NCBI GenBank assembly: GCA_000320545.1
Contig: ADNK01003420.1
Span: 1 to 58,799, forward strand
From: Bigelowiella natans CCMP2755
Taxonomy: Eukaryota; Protista; Cercozoa
DNA: 58,799 nt
Reading direction: 5' to 3'
Shown here: piece after piece, positions 1 through 12,429 of the stretch
How the letters are laid out: each line of letters begins with the position of its first letter
Numbering within the stretch: the first letter of the stretch is position 1
Translations under genes and position numbers: made by a program
Notes under the pieces: generated by a model
The model's input: only the letters and a program-made list of their open reading frames with translations
Databases searched by the model: none
Told to the model about the DNA's origin: nothing

Positions 1-44
1 TAACCCTAACCCTAACCCTAACCCTAACCCTAACCCTAACCCTA
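1..44. repeat. Telomeric repeat array (TAACCC)n, i.e. TTAGGG on the minus strand
   Basis: Seven perfect TAACCC units at 1-42, followed by degenerate units (tgaccc, gaaccc-tgaccc-tga) to about 89. Confidence 0.97.
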
Positions 45-46
45 TA

Positions 47-480
47 CCGTCATTTTGACCCTGGTCCAGAACAGAACCCTGACCCTGATGCTGCCAGCGT
101 GTGCGCACGCGCGCAACTACCCTTTTGCGCTGCAGCCAACAAGCCAGCAAATGTCACCGGGTTTGACATGGTTGTGGACGTCCGAGCGAAAGGGTGCTAG
201 CGTTTGGTTTCTGTTTCTGCGCACCTCCGCGCCCTGTTGCGCGAGAACAAGTTCCCAACCCCAATGCTGTGCAGCCTGAAATTTGATCGTCATCTTTGGG
301 CTACGTTTGTTTCTTGCATCATTGCGTGCTAAAATGGCTGAAATGATGAGCAAAGATGGAGCTGGGTGAACTAGCACATGCTAGCATGTAGTTGGAACAT
401 TTAGATCACAATTTGCACTCATGATGAAGAACTTTTGAAAATGTACAGGAAGTATCAGGGTGCGTCCGTGCACTGCAGTG
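47..480. other. Subtelomeric TpA-depleted island
   Basis: Between about 47 and 440 the surviving TA sites are in CTAG, CTAN or NTAG. Contains degenerate telomere units and a dispersed repeat shared with 9780-9836. Confidence 0.75.
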
Positions 481-485
481 TGCAT

Positions 486-2700
486 TTATGTCAAAATGCG
501 TGTGGGAGAGAAACTTGGAATGATCTCATTTGTGTTCTGAGTGTAGTAATCGTAATCCTTTTGTCCCTTCCATTTAGCATCTGCTTTCTTTTTGAGCATG
601 GGAACCCCGGAAACCTTTCGTGTCGGACATGCGATAATCATTAGCAACATTACCATTACTATGACATCCGACAAATTTCACACTCCAGATTGTGCATGTA
701 GTAATTTCTTTGTCCTTTTCCTAACATGAAATATACTCAATGACATATATAGGAGAGATTACCTTGAGGAGGAGAAAATATGTAAATGCCGGGCTAATCC
801 ATCCAAGCCAATGCACTGGTTTGGTATAAGCACATGTTGCGGAAAGGGCCACAGCAAACCACATCAATATTTCGCCAAAGTCTGAAAAAACATTGGAAAA
901 GAATAGAGAAGAGAATAGGCCAAGAATGAGTGACAGAGAAATCATAAATGGATACTAATACAAACCGCAGCAGGGAAGGAAATAATCAAGTTGCTACACA
1001 ACAAATATACAAATAAATAAAAAAGCCAAATAATACATAAATATTAATCCATAAATCAATGCTCACAGTTAGGATGCTGGGAGAAGGCCCAAAGGCCGGT
1101 CGTTATAAACTTATCATGATTCTTGGCCTATTATGATGAGATTATTGCAATATGAACAACCAAATTGTACGCATCCGCGGATCGATGACTAATAGAAAAG
1201 TCCGTACGTATACTGCCTAGTCTTCTACACTAGCTCCTATATATATTCCTTTCCTAACTGCTCGTTACATTGTTTCTGAATGCGAATTTTTGAGCATCAG
1301 CTGTGACTTCAAAGACGAAGCCGAAAATCCAAAGCAACCAAGCAACACAGTCGATAATACTAATACTATTTGAATCTTCTTTCTGACAAAAAATTTACAA
1401 TATCAAAAGCAGCAGTAGCAGAGAAGCGAATAAAATTATGAGATTAAATCAACCATGAGCCCCTCCCTAGGGGCGAACTGGGGTAGGTAGTAGTAATAAA
1501 TACGAATAACCGTAGTAGTAGTAGTAGTATTCAGAATCAATATTGGAAGATCGATCAGGAAAACCCACAGGGCCTGATAACATTAGTCAAACGTTGTTAA
1601 ATGATCATCAAGGTGCCGGTGATGTGACTACAAAATATGTCATTTTGGTGAAGAAGAAGACCTGAATTGCCCAGGGGGTACAAAAAGTAAGAGCATTTTT
1701 CTTCAATTTATCGAAACGCTGTAAATTATGATAAATTCTCATATGCATGCCACCATAAAATCGCTATTAATGATAACGCTACCGTATCCTTTCCATCCCT
1801 AAAATCACATGACATTTTATCACCATCATTAAGATACCTCAATAGAGAATGAGGGGAGGACTTACAAAAAAGATGAATTATGAAATTCTACCTTAAAATA
1901 CGTTGGAAAAGAAACGATCCAAGCCGTGTCGCCCAAATGATTCCGAACACAGAGCACATTATCTTCAACAAGTAGAGCGTGGATTTTAATATTTAGTTTT
2001 ATTCGGTAAGAAAAAAGTAACCGCACGGTGGTACGATTGCTATTACTACCAGTTAATCGGAAAAATCAACCATTTTGATGAGGAAAATGGGAACCATAAC
2101 ATCTCATATTAGTAGTGTACAATAATCTCTGATGACCACCAAAAACGAGGGAACAGAGGAGGATGGGGATTAGGTTTAGAAAGTTAAAAAGAAAAGCTCA
2201 TTGACAAGGATCAGCAGCCTGTACCTATCATACGACTACTAGCGATGATGACAAGAGTAATAACCACTAACGCTACTAATCTACCCACTGGTAATACCTG
2301 TCTCCTACTAGCGTTAGGATTCTCAAGCAATGAAATGAGTATTAGGCTTAAGTGTGTCGCAGAGCCGCTAGCATCATAATACTTCTCCGACATATACGGC
2401 CATCCATGGAAAATGAAGACGAATCTTAAAATCAGTAGTGGTAGTTACATGACAAGAAGGAGAAATAAATGTTTGTGTATGCGATCGTGTTGTTTGACTA
2501 CTAATTCGAAGCAGCCACACCGCACTTCCCCCCTTCCTTTATGTTTTTTTAAAATTGAACGCTAACACTCATCAGTACACCAACACTTACGTTTGAAGGC
2601 CAATAGCGTAAACGGCATACCGAACGAGTTGCAAAGGATAGGCAATGAGAAACAAGAGGCTTAAGGTAATAAGGACAATTGTGATAGAGCGGGCGGACAT
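486..2700 (-). CDS. DUF1295 / steroid 5-alpha-reductase-like membrane protein (multi-exon)
   Basis: Spliced peptides: MSARSITIVLITLSLLFLIAYPLQ..., FVFIFHGWPYMSEKYYDASGSATH, RFDKLKKNALTFCTPWAIQ, WLLWIFGFVFEVTADAQKFAFR, KFITTGLWAFSQHPN, FGEILMWF, WISPAFTYFLLLK|VSGVPML...KW. The E..AD.QK, GLW..S.HPNYFGE and SG.P.L motifs are typical of DUF1295. ATG at 2700, stop at 486-488. Confidence 0.9.
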
Positions 2701-3079
2701 TGTGGCCCTTATCAGGGTAGGGTGGTGGGTGGGGTTGAGAGGTTTGAATAATAATAAAACTAATAATTATAATGATAACTAACCAAAAACAACCAATGAA
2801 AAATGGTCTAAATGTATTCACACAAACAACAAACACAACAATAGTAAGTAAGTAGCACAGGACACCATCTATCTGTCTACGTACAACACCAACCCTCCTC
2901 CTCCTCTTCCTCCTTCACTCCCTCAGATTGACATCCCCGAACGAATGGAGGCTACTTCTTCTACTAAATTGTGTTTGAGATAGTGTCTGTTACTAAACAC
3001 AACGTAATCTTATATCATCACTCAAAATATAGCCGCAGCAGCTCTTAGATAGTAGGGGACTAAAAATGAGACCAGCAGC

Positions 3080-4119
3080 ATGATGACCTCTACCCCTCTG
3101 TGTCGAAGACCATCATCCAGAGTCACGACTTCTGCCACCTCCTCTCTGTTATTCCGAAGATCGTCAGTTGTCGCTATCATAATAAAGCTTATTGTAGGAG
3201 TAAACATATTATTGATCATTCTCACCACCCCCACCCCTGGATCGTCTCAACGAGGCGTACTATCCGCCGTCGCCGCCGCCTCCTCTTCACCATCAACGGC
3301 CAATGTACGACGCGGTATGAAAGTTCCTAAAGGAAGTCGGGATTTAGGTCCCGAAGAGATGCTAAAATTGGAGCACATTTTGGATGTTGCTCGAACAATT
3401 TTTAAGGTGGTTTGTACAGCAAAACAAATGATAGAGGAAGGAAAAAGGAGGGGGGGGAAGGGCTACTACACTGATATATAAGTTGTTGTGCATGTTATTC
3501 AGAGACATGGCGCAGTGAGCATAGAAACTCCAGTCTTTGAACTTCGTGAGACGCTCTTAAATAAGTAATATAATCTCAACCAGAAGTATTATGTGCTATT
3601 ATTTTTTCTTGTGTCAAAACAACACTGATAGTTGTTTGCTTCGCAGATACGGCGAGGATTCAAAGTTAATATACAATCTTGAGGTGGTAGAAGACTAAAG
3701 CACACCTCCTCATTTATTCGTAATTGAAGTAGTATGGTTTTGAGAATCTTCTTAACTTAAATAACATCATTTTTGAGACTACTTAAACCACCCACCCACC
3801 CACCCAACGACACGATGATTTAGCCATAACCATTTGGATAGGACCAAGGGGGAGAACTGCTATCGCTAAGATATGATCTCACGGTAATAAATAGTTGTAT
3901 CGTCGTCCGGTCCAGAAATAATGGAATCAATGTCGGTGCTCACTGATCAATGGCATGAAACAACAACATGTTTTCTTTCTTCTGCTGCTACATATTATTC
4001 AAGGTTCCATTAGCTCGCTATGCGGTTACGCATAATGTGGAGCGTATGAAGCGTCTTCAAATTGGGAAGGTGGTGTTTGAAATTCGAATTTCAAAATGGA
4101 CACTGAAATATATTTCCTC

Positions 4120-4153
<34 letters not shown>

Positions 4154-4420
4154 TTATTATACGTGTAGGTTTATCGTCGAGACAACCCTACATTTATCAA
4201 GGGAAGGTAAAAAATAAATTAATAAGGCCACCAACGAGAAAGTAGAGGAGAGGAAGGAGTTTAATCATCATCATAGCATTAATGATTGGGAGAGACTTAA
4301 GTTTCCTAGACAAGTATACAACAAAGAACACTACTGCTGCTGCTGCTGCTGCTGTGTGAGATAGTAGTAGTACTATACTCAGAGTTGATGATCCTCACGG
4401 ATAAAGAACATTGTCAAAAT

Positions 4421-4456
<36 letters not shown>

Positions 4457-4519
4457 CACATATTATAAATGTATATGTATATGTATATGCATGTGTATAT
4501 AATAAATGACATATGTAAT

Positions 4520-4562
<43 letters not shown>

Positions 4563-5052
4563 TGTTTGTGTGATTGCTCTAAGGTTTCGTGAGTTTTATC
4601 AATGTGATTTTGATATAATTGGAACCGGTTATTCTCATCTCTCACCAGACGCTGAGGTAGTAGTAGACTACTTACTACCACTACTACCACTACTACTGCG
4701 AACAACACGTATAGATTAAATAGGAGGTAGGAGGAGGAGGAGGAGGCAAATATAGTCGTCAATATCATCGTCGTCATTCATCGTCATCGTTGTAGGTGAT
4801 TAGAGCTATGTCAGAAGTATTGGGGGCACTTGGACTCAACTTCACGGTATTGAAATATTACTACTGTAAGTAAGTAACCATTCACACAGCCGCAGCAGTA
4901 TTATTATTATTCTTCTTCTTCTTCCTGATGGTTGGTATAGGATGATGACGATGATGGTGATTGTGATAATACAATGGGAATAACATATCTTACTGCTATG
5001 CTATTTTTTGGTGGTGCTAAATATCAAATGAAAGTGGATCTAGTCAGAGAGA

Positions 5053-5105
<53 letters not shown>

Positions 5106-6812
5106 CACGAGCACATGCATATCAAGGATATAATACTGAGTAATGTGTATTCATTTTAAGGTAAAAGTAAATCATAGAGCATTATTGCAAGCTCTTTGCC
5201 AACATGCTCAGGTACTAAGACACCATCGTTTTGTTTGTTTACTTTTAATAAAATCCGACTTTTTTACACATATTCAATCACTGACCGAAAAAACCAACAA
5301 CTGCTTGTTTTATGCTGTCGTTTTATCATGGTACTTCGTTCTGTTTGCTTTTGGTAATTTTGCATGGGTTGATCTTTGAGCTTCTGCCTTGTTTTTCCTT
5401 CCAAAGTTTGTTTATCTTGTCGTTACCAATTTACAACCAACAACATGCTATTTTGTTATTTTTCGTTTGACAGATTTTTTTACAATAACAACAACAATAA
5501 TAACCTAATCATTATCTAACATTGCTCTATCATCATCAAGATTCCAGATGAAAAATTTCTTGGGGTTTCAAGTTGTATCGATAAGGTAATAGTAGTTGTA
5601 GTAATATTTCCATATTTGTGATGAGTGGTGACTCAATTGCGTGTCGTTTGCCAAATAATATCTTAATCATAAGATTAGTTAAGAACCATATCTGTAAGGA
5701 GCTATTTATGCACATATACTACTATATTTTATTCAAGAGTATTAATAATGCAGCAGCATATCTTTCATATGTTATTATCATAATAATGACCACTACGATA
5801 GTTGATGCTGCTGCTGCTGCTGCTATATCTCTTTGCCTTTGGGTTTTGAATGGATAATACCCTGCACTAATAGCTTGATAAGTCAAGCTTGAAGGAAGTT
5901 CAGAAGGAACTTGTGGAAAGCAAAGGTAGTAATAATAACAACAGAAAGAGAAGGAGTGATTATGTAAAGGAGGATTGTTTGAGACGAGGAGGAGGAGGAG
6001 GAGGAGGAGGACGTTATTATTATTATCATTTTTATGATTACCATTTATTATTGTTTGTGGACAAGAAGAAGAGAAGGATGATGACATGACAAAACAGATG
6101 ACAACACACCCAATCAATCAATATTTCACCACCAAATGCGAGAATTAAAGCAAAATCACATCATTTCTAAAATATATATTACCAACATTATTACGACTGA
6201 TGGATTTTCTCAGATTGTAATTCTTTAATATTCGGATGATATACAACAGAAGATAATATATTGAAAGCAGTTTATTTAAGTGTAGCAGAGACTACTTACT
6301 ACTCTCAATGTTAGAATACATATGTCTTAATTTAGGTATTGATGCTACCAAAGCTGAAATATTGCTAAATTACACCACAATCAAGGGAACTCCAGCAGAC
6401 GTCCTGAGGGTTGTGTTAATTATTATTATTATGCTGCTGCTAGTAGTAGTATTGGCATGTGTAGTCATCATCTTTTATATTCTTTTCCGCTGCTGATGAT
6501 AACACGTGATAAATACATTATGGTGATTGTTGTAATCGTCGGTCAGATACTGGAATCGAACGAAATATTGATGTCATCATCATCAGGAAAAGCAAAGGAG
6601 GTGGTGTTGATTACAGCACCTTTCACATTCCCACGTCGCTCACATGTTGTTAGAGAATCAATTCCTTTTCTTTTTAATTTCATCATAAACTGTAATCTAC
6701 ATTTAAGGAAGAAATTCAAGAGTAGGAGCATGTATTTGTAGTTTGGTTTTTTAAATTTATCAAGTAAAAATGGTACACACATAGGCATTATTATCACAAG
6801 CAAGAATAATCG

Positions 6813-6844
<32 letters not shown>

Positions 6845-7362
6845 CAACTATTCAGTGATGCTAATGTTACTTGTAGTAAGTATTATGTGGTTATCATCGT
6901 ACGTACGTAATAGGCCTTGAGGGATTTACACACGGTCTCAAGATACTTGAAGGCATTTGGGTTGTTACTACCACTGATATTCTTCCCATACTACTACTAC
7001 TACTACTACTACTAATTACAACATCAATACTCGTACATCGATTTGTGCAGATGTGGTGATGAAATCGAGATTGATCTCTCTCTTGCAAGAGGGCTTGATT
7101 ATTACACAGGACTGGTGAGCACCGTCGTATTATTAGTATAAGTAGATTAAATAGTTGTAGTGGATTTAATTTGTCTTGAGTGTACTTGCTGCTGCTTTAA
7201 TTAATAGTGATTACTTGTGGGATGTGGGGTCATTATTTAGATTTTTGAGGCAGTTTTGCGTCGTAATAACAGCAGCAGCAGCAGTGGGGGCTCAGCAGGT
7301 GGTAATTAGTTAGCTTTATTTACACACTACTTGGTACATGCTATTTACTACTACTACACGCT

Positions 7363-7443
<81 letters not shown>

Positions 7444-7523
7444 TTAAAAGCAGCCTTATAGCACCACTGTTAAGTTATGCTTAATTAAAGCTGCCAACTA
7501 AGGCCATCGTCATTATTACTTTG

Positions 7524-7554
<31 letters not shown>

Positions 7555-7605
7555 GTTATCGTCATGGTGATAAATGCTGGTTGTTGATACTATCTTTCTT
7601 TCACC

Positions 7606-7655
<50 letters not shown>

Positions 7656-7993
7656 TGGCTTCGGAAGTGTGTCAGCTGGAGGGAGATATGACAACTTAAT
7701 AGGTACCTGTACCACTGCTACTTTTAGAACTAGCTAATCCACAGTGCTGCACTACACAATTGTATTAGTGCTGCATGTATGTTTCCTATGCACGGAACAA
7801 TGAACGAAGAGCGTATTATAAATTATGGTAGTATATACGGTGTTAATTGCCACCATCTACAGCAGCAGCTATAAATAGCTTATCTTATCTTTTTTAAATT
7901 TGCACCATATCATCATCTTCTTTTACTTTGTAGAGTTGTCCTCCGGAAAGAAAATACCTGCTGTTGGATGCAGCATAGGTAGTAGTTGTAGTG

Positions 7994-8024
<31 letters not shown>

Positions 8025-8290
8025 ATCCATGAGTTTTGGTAGAAGTTGTAGTAGTAGTAGTACGAGAAAGCGGTAACAACAAAAGACCCCTCATGTAGTA
8101 GTAATATTATCATTTTGTATGCAGCTGCTAATATTTGTTCTCCTCCTTCTCCTCCTTTTTTCGCCTTAGGAATAGAGAGAATACTTTCATATCTGCTATC
8201 TCGCGACAAAATGCTGATTCCGAAGCAGAAAAGGCCGCCACGAGTGTGTAGTAGTAGTAGTACACACAATCACGACATTATTATAAACAT

Positions 8291-8353
<63 letters not shown>

Positions 8354-9319
8354 AGTGTTGTGAGTAGTAGTGAAGCATTATTCCGCTGCACATTGCCAAC
8401 ATTTTACGTACAGAAATCAGAATAGCGTTTTGATCGTCATTACATCTTAACGCAGTCTTTATGTAAATAGATAGATAAATAAATATATACATATATAATT
8501 GTCGTATACAAAATCAAACTGGCATCGTTAAGTGTGTAAAAACAAAAGGTACTTGTTCTTATTGCCTCGATTGGTGAAAATGTGGATATATCACATCGAA
8601 TGTGGTGAGATTCTAATATGTACCAGAATGCAAAAGATTACGCACATATAAATGATGATCTTAGATTATAATTACCGCCTTTCCATTTTTTACACACACA
8701 CCAAACACACACATACACACACACACACATGCGCACATGGTTAAAACTCAAGATGATGAGTACAATGACAACATGAAGAATGGCACACCAAGCAGCAGAA
8801 GCAATAAAACAGCAAAAAATCACCCTTTGAACACCTACTTTTATACATAAAGCTGTGTAATTTATATCCATTGCTTACTGCTTATTAAATACTTTTCTAT
8901 GTAATATAGTTTATGTGGGGAGCTTTGGAGAAGAGGTGTCGCAGCAGAATTTCTACATTTGCAAGCGCCGAAGCCAAGACGCCAGCTGGAATATGCTCTC
9001 AAGAATAATGTCGTTGATATTTTGCTTAATATAGTGCCACACTATGTATTATATGTTTGTGAAGATTGTTCATAAGATCGATTTACGATATTAGATCCCA
9101 TTCGTCGCTTTCCTCGGAGAAGAGGAGATTGTGAATAATGTACGTAGACCTTCATTTCTGCAAATCATATATTTAGTGACTTATGATGTAATTGATATGC
9201 TATCATCTTAGACTGTGTCTATGAGAGACCTGTCGTTGGGTGAGCAAATAGTCCTTGATCGTGAGGTATTTTTGGATCACATTATAAAATTGTGCTCCGA
9301 GCGGAACTACATCAATTAA
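3080..9319 (+). CDS. HARS: Histidyl-tRNA synthetase, eukaryotic type, with N-terminal signal/transit-like leader (about 20 exons)
   Basis: Exons give KVPKGSRD, IETPVFELRETL, YGEDSKLIYNL, DQGGELLSLRYDLTVPLARY, VYRRDNP...GRFREFYQCDFDI (motif 2), VKVNHR, LSLARGLDYYTG, GSVSAGGRYDNL (motif 3), GIERI, and the anticodon domain QLEYALKNNIPF...GEEE...RDL. Stop at 9317-9319. Confidence 0.96.
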
Positions 9320-9519
9320 ATCGAACGATACTTTACGTTCACAATTCATAATTCTTTATTGAGGTAAAAATTAGCATAAAAACATCCAAATATATCGAGG
9401 TTGTATTTGGCGGTGCAGCACTAATGGTTGAATACAAATTAAACACGTCGTTTACATGGTAGCGTTTGTCACATGTAGCTAATGATTACACCAATTAACT
9501 GCGACGAGTCGATCGATAA

Positions 9520-10060
9520 TTGTTACACACACTGACATGCACAACTAATGTGAATGCGAATGTCTTTACAATGCATTGTTGAACGCACGATTTCTCTTGT
9601 TCATTTTTAGAAACTAACACAGACGAGTAGAAAATAGATTTTGCGCGGGCGCATGAGTGAGCCCGACTACGATTTCGCTTGCGCGAATCTAGCAAAACTA
9701 GAAAATTAGAATGTCTAGATGTTGCAGCATGTGATCTAGCTCAGCTAGCCACAATAACTCGATCAAATGACCTAGCTGGTAATAACATTTGTTGGCTGCA
9801 GCGCAAAAGGCGAGTTGTGTACGTGCGCGCAGCGCTTCACATTGATGAATGTGATCACAGAACATACATAAGAACACATCTGCAGCTTGGGTGACTAGCT
9901 AGCTAGGTGAGATTAAATCGGAACCACACCGCTAGACCGCTTTAAACTCTGAAACTTGCCATGTCATGCAGGCCCTTTTGCTCGAGAAGAGACGCTAACT
10001 TGGATTCTTTGAACCTGCATGCTCTAATGCGCTGCTAGTCGATGACAATAGACACAGTGT
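9520..10060. other. Partially TpA-depleted, CTAG-rich intergenic island containing a dispersed repeat
   Basis: CTAG clusters, ATGTCTAGATGT at 9711-9722, and 9780-9836 is an inverted homologue of about 95-160. Confidence 0.65.
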
Positions 10061-10236
10061 AATGTCATATGTAGTACATGTATTATGTTACATGTCTATC
10101 ATAAGTATCCCCGATTTCATGTCTATATCATGATGCAACACAATCGACGTTCTTTGTTGTGCTACGTCAGAGGGAAAAACTCTTGAATTTTCGCGTCTGC
10201 ATCTCCAGATCGGCTCACTGTTCGTCTTTTCGTTGT

Positions 10237-10271
<35 letters not shown>

Positions 10272-10500
10272 TTGCACATACACACACAAACGTTTCTATT
10301 CATATCCTTTATTAAAGAGCTAACCTCAACGTATTGATTGTACGTGTAAAGACCACACATGTAATATTACATGATACATGATTATAAGTTTTCATCTAGC
10401 TTGTGGTAAATTAACCTATACGGCATATAGCTTTTACAAGAAAATCCTAGCATTACTTAGGAAGTTTTCATGAAGGGATTTGTTGCTATTATATACTTCC

Positions 10501-12054
10501 TCAACTGAGAGAGTAAGTTGATCCTGCAGCAGAGATATGAGCGCTAGTCCAAGCAGTGTGAAAATACTCCCCTTCTGGTTTATCAACTCTTTCATAAGTG
10601 TGCGCACCAAAGAAATCCCTTTGTGCTTGAGTGAGATTTGCAGGAAGACGCTCACGGCGATATGAATCATAGTAGTTGAGTGCTGCAGTAAACGCAGGAC
10701 AAGAAATGCCAAAATCAATTCCTGTTTTGACGACTGTCCTAAGTTTCTCTTGACCCTTTACGACATCCGAACAAAAAGACGGGTCGACTAATAGACTAGC
10801 AAGCTTGGAATTGGCATCAAATGCTTTCTTGATACGATCAAGGAACACAGCGCGGATAATACATCCCCCTTTCCAGATTCTTGCAATTTCGCCCAGATTA
10901 AGATTCCATTCAAACCTTTCCCCAGCTTTCTTAATCAGAGCCATTCCTTGAGCATAGCTGCAAATCTTAGCAGTGTACATTGCCTCACGAATCATCGAGA
11001 TCATTTCCTTCTTTTCAAAAGAGAGTTTGGGTGGTTTAGGACCAGGTAGAACTTTACAAGCTTGCTTTCGTTCATGAAGTAAACCACTCAAATAACGGCC
11101 CTCAAGTGCTGCAGCAACCACGCTCAGAGGGACTGATTGTTCTGCACCTTCTTGAACAGTCCATCGTCCTGTTCCTTTCATTCCAGTCTTATCGAGAATC
11201 TTGTCTACAACATAGTCTTTTCCATCTTCGGTCTTCTTCGTGAAGATTTTTGCAGTAATCTCAATTAAAAAGCTCTGTAGCTCTCCTTTGTTCCATTCAT
11301 CGAAGGTAGCAGCAATTTCATCATTGGACATCTCGACTACATTTTTCATCAGATCATAAGCTTCTGCAATTAGTTGCATGTCACCGTACTCAATACCGTT
11401 GTGAACCATTTTCACATAGTTTCCTGCTCCTCCAGGACCGATCCTATTTATTAATTAACAGGGGTAGATTATTAATTGTTTGAGAGTTTGCATGCTTACA
11501 ATTATGGAGATAATTAAATCAAAATAAATGTACCATGTAACGCAAGGGCCATCATCAACTTGAGCCGCACATTTCTTCACGATAGGCTCGATTCGCTTGT
11601 ATGCTTCTTCAGGCCCTCCGGGCATCATCGATGGGCCATTACGAGCACCTTCTTCACCACCGGAAACACCCATCCCAATGTACAGAATTTTCTTTGGCTC
11701 CAAATCCCTTCCTCGACGGACAGTGTTGGGAAACCACTCGTTCCCGCCATCAACAATGATGTCTCCCGGTTCCATGTACTCAACAAGCTTCTCAATTGTA
11801 AGGTCGACAGCTTTTCCTGCCTTTACAAGGATAATAACAGCCCTGGGCTTTCGAATAGCAGCGATAAAATCCTTCATACTTTTATATCCGGTGAGGGTTT
11901 GCTCCTTCAGCTCCTTCTTCGCACGTGCGACAGTAGTGTCTACTTTCCCTGAGGAGCGATTATGAACAGCAATTTTAAATCCCTTCTCCGCAATGTTGAG
12001 TGCCAAGTTCTGGCCCATAACGCCCAATCCAAAGAGTCCAATATCCGCAGACAT
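10501..12054 (-). CDS. PGD: 6-phosphogluconate dehydrogenase, decarboxylating (2 exons; intron 11444-11533)
   Basis: Motifs GLFGLGVMGQNLALN, VDGGNEW, GVSGGEEGARNGPSMMPGG, W|IGPGGAGNYVKMVHNGIEYGDMQLIAE, KGTGRWT, GGCIIRA, LPANLTQAQRDFFGAHTY. A 90-nt GT-AG intron joins the two ORFs in frame. Confidence 0.98.
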
Positions 12055-12429
12055 AATTTTGAGGTATGACTATTAGCACTGATGTGGTTTTGTTGTGTGC
12101 GTCGTTTGGGGTGTGCCGGAAGGAGTACAAATCGGACAAACAGGTGTTTGGAATGTCTAATTCCGATTGCGGGAACAACAACTCGACCGACCAATTAAGT
12201 TCAAACGCAAGGCAATATTAAGTTAAAATGACTAGAACTTAATGAATTCGATCAAATAAGCTTCAAAAGGAGACTGTGTCAAAGGAGTTAGATCTCAGTA
12301 ATGTTATCGCTTTCGAAGCTTCTCGGTCATACTCGTCGAATAAATATCTCGAAAAATATCTCTATTAAAGGCTTTTTGTGGCCATTTTACCCCTAAAATC
12401 ACATAGATGAGCAGAATTACCTCCCTTTT

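Noticed and set aside
4463-8492. Many short ORFs with poly-HT, YI, CV, RE, Y or L runs
   Set aside because: They are translations of intronic microsatellites.
11560-11965. Plus-strand ORFs of 130 and 122 aa
   Set aside because: They are antisense shadows of the 6PGD exon.
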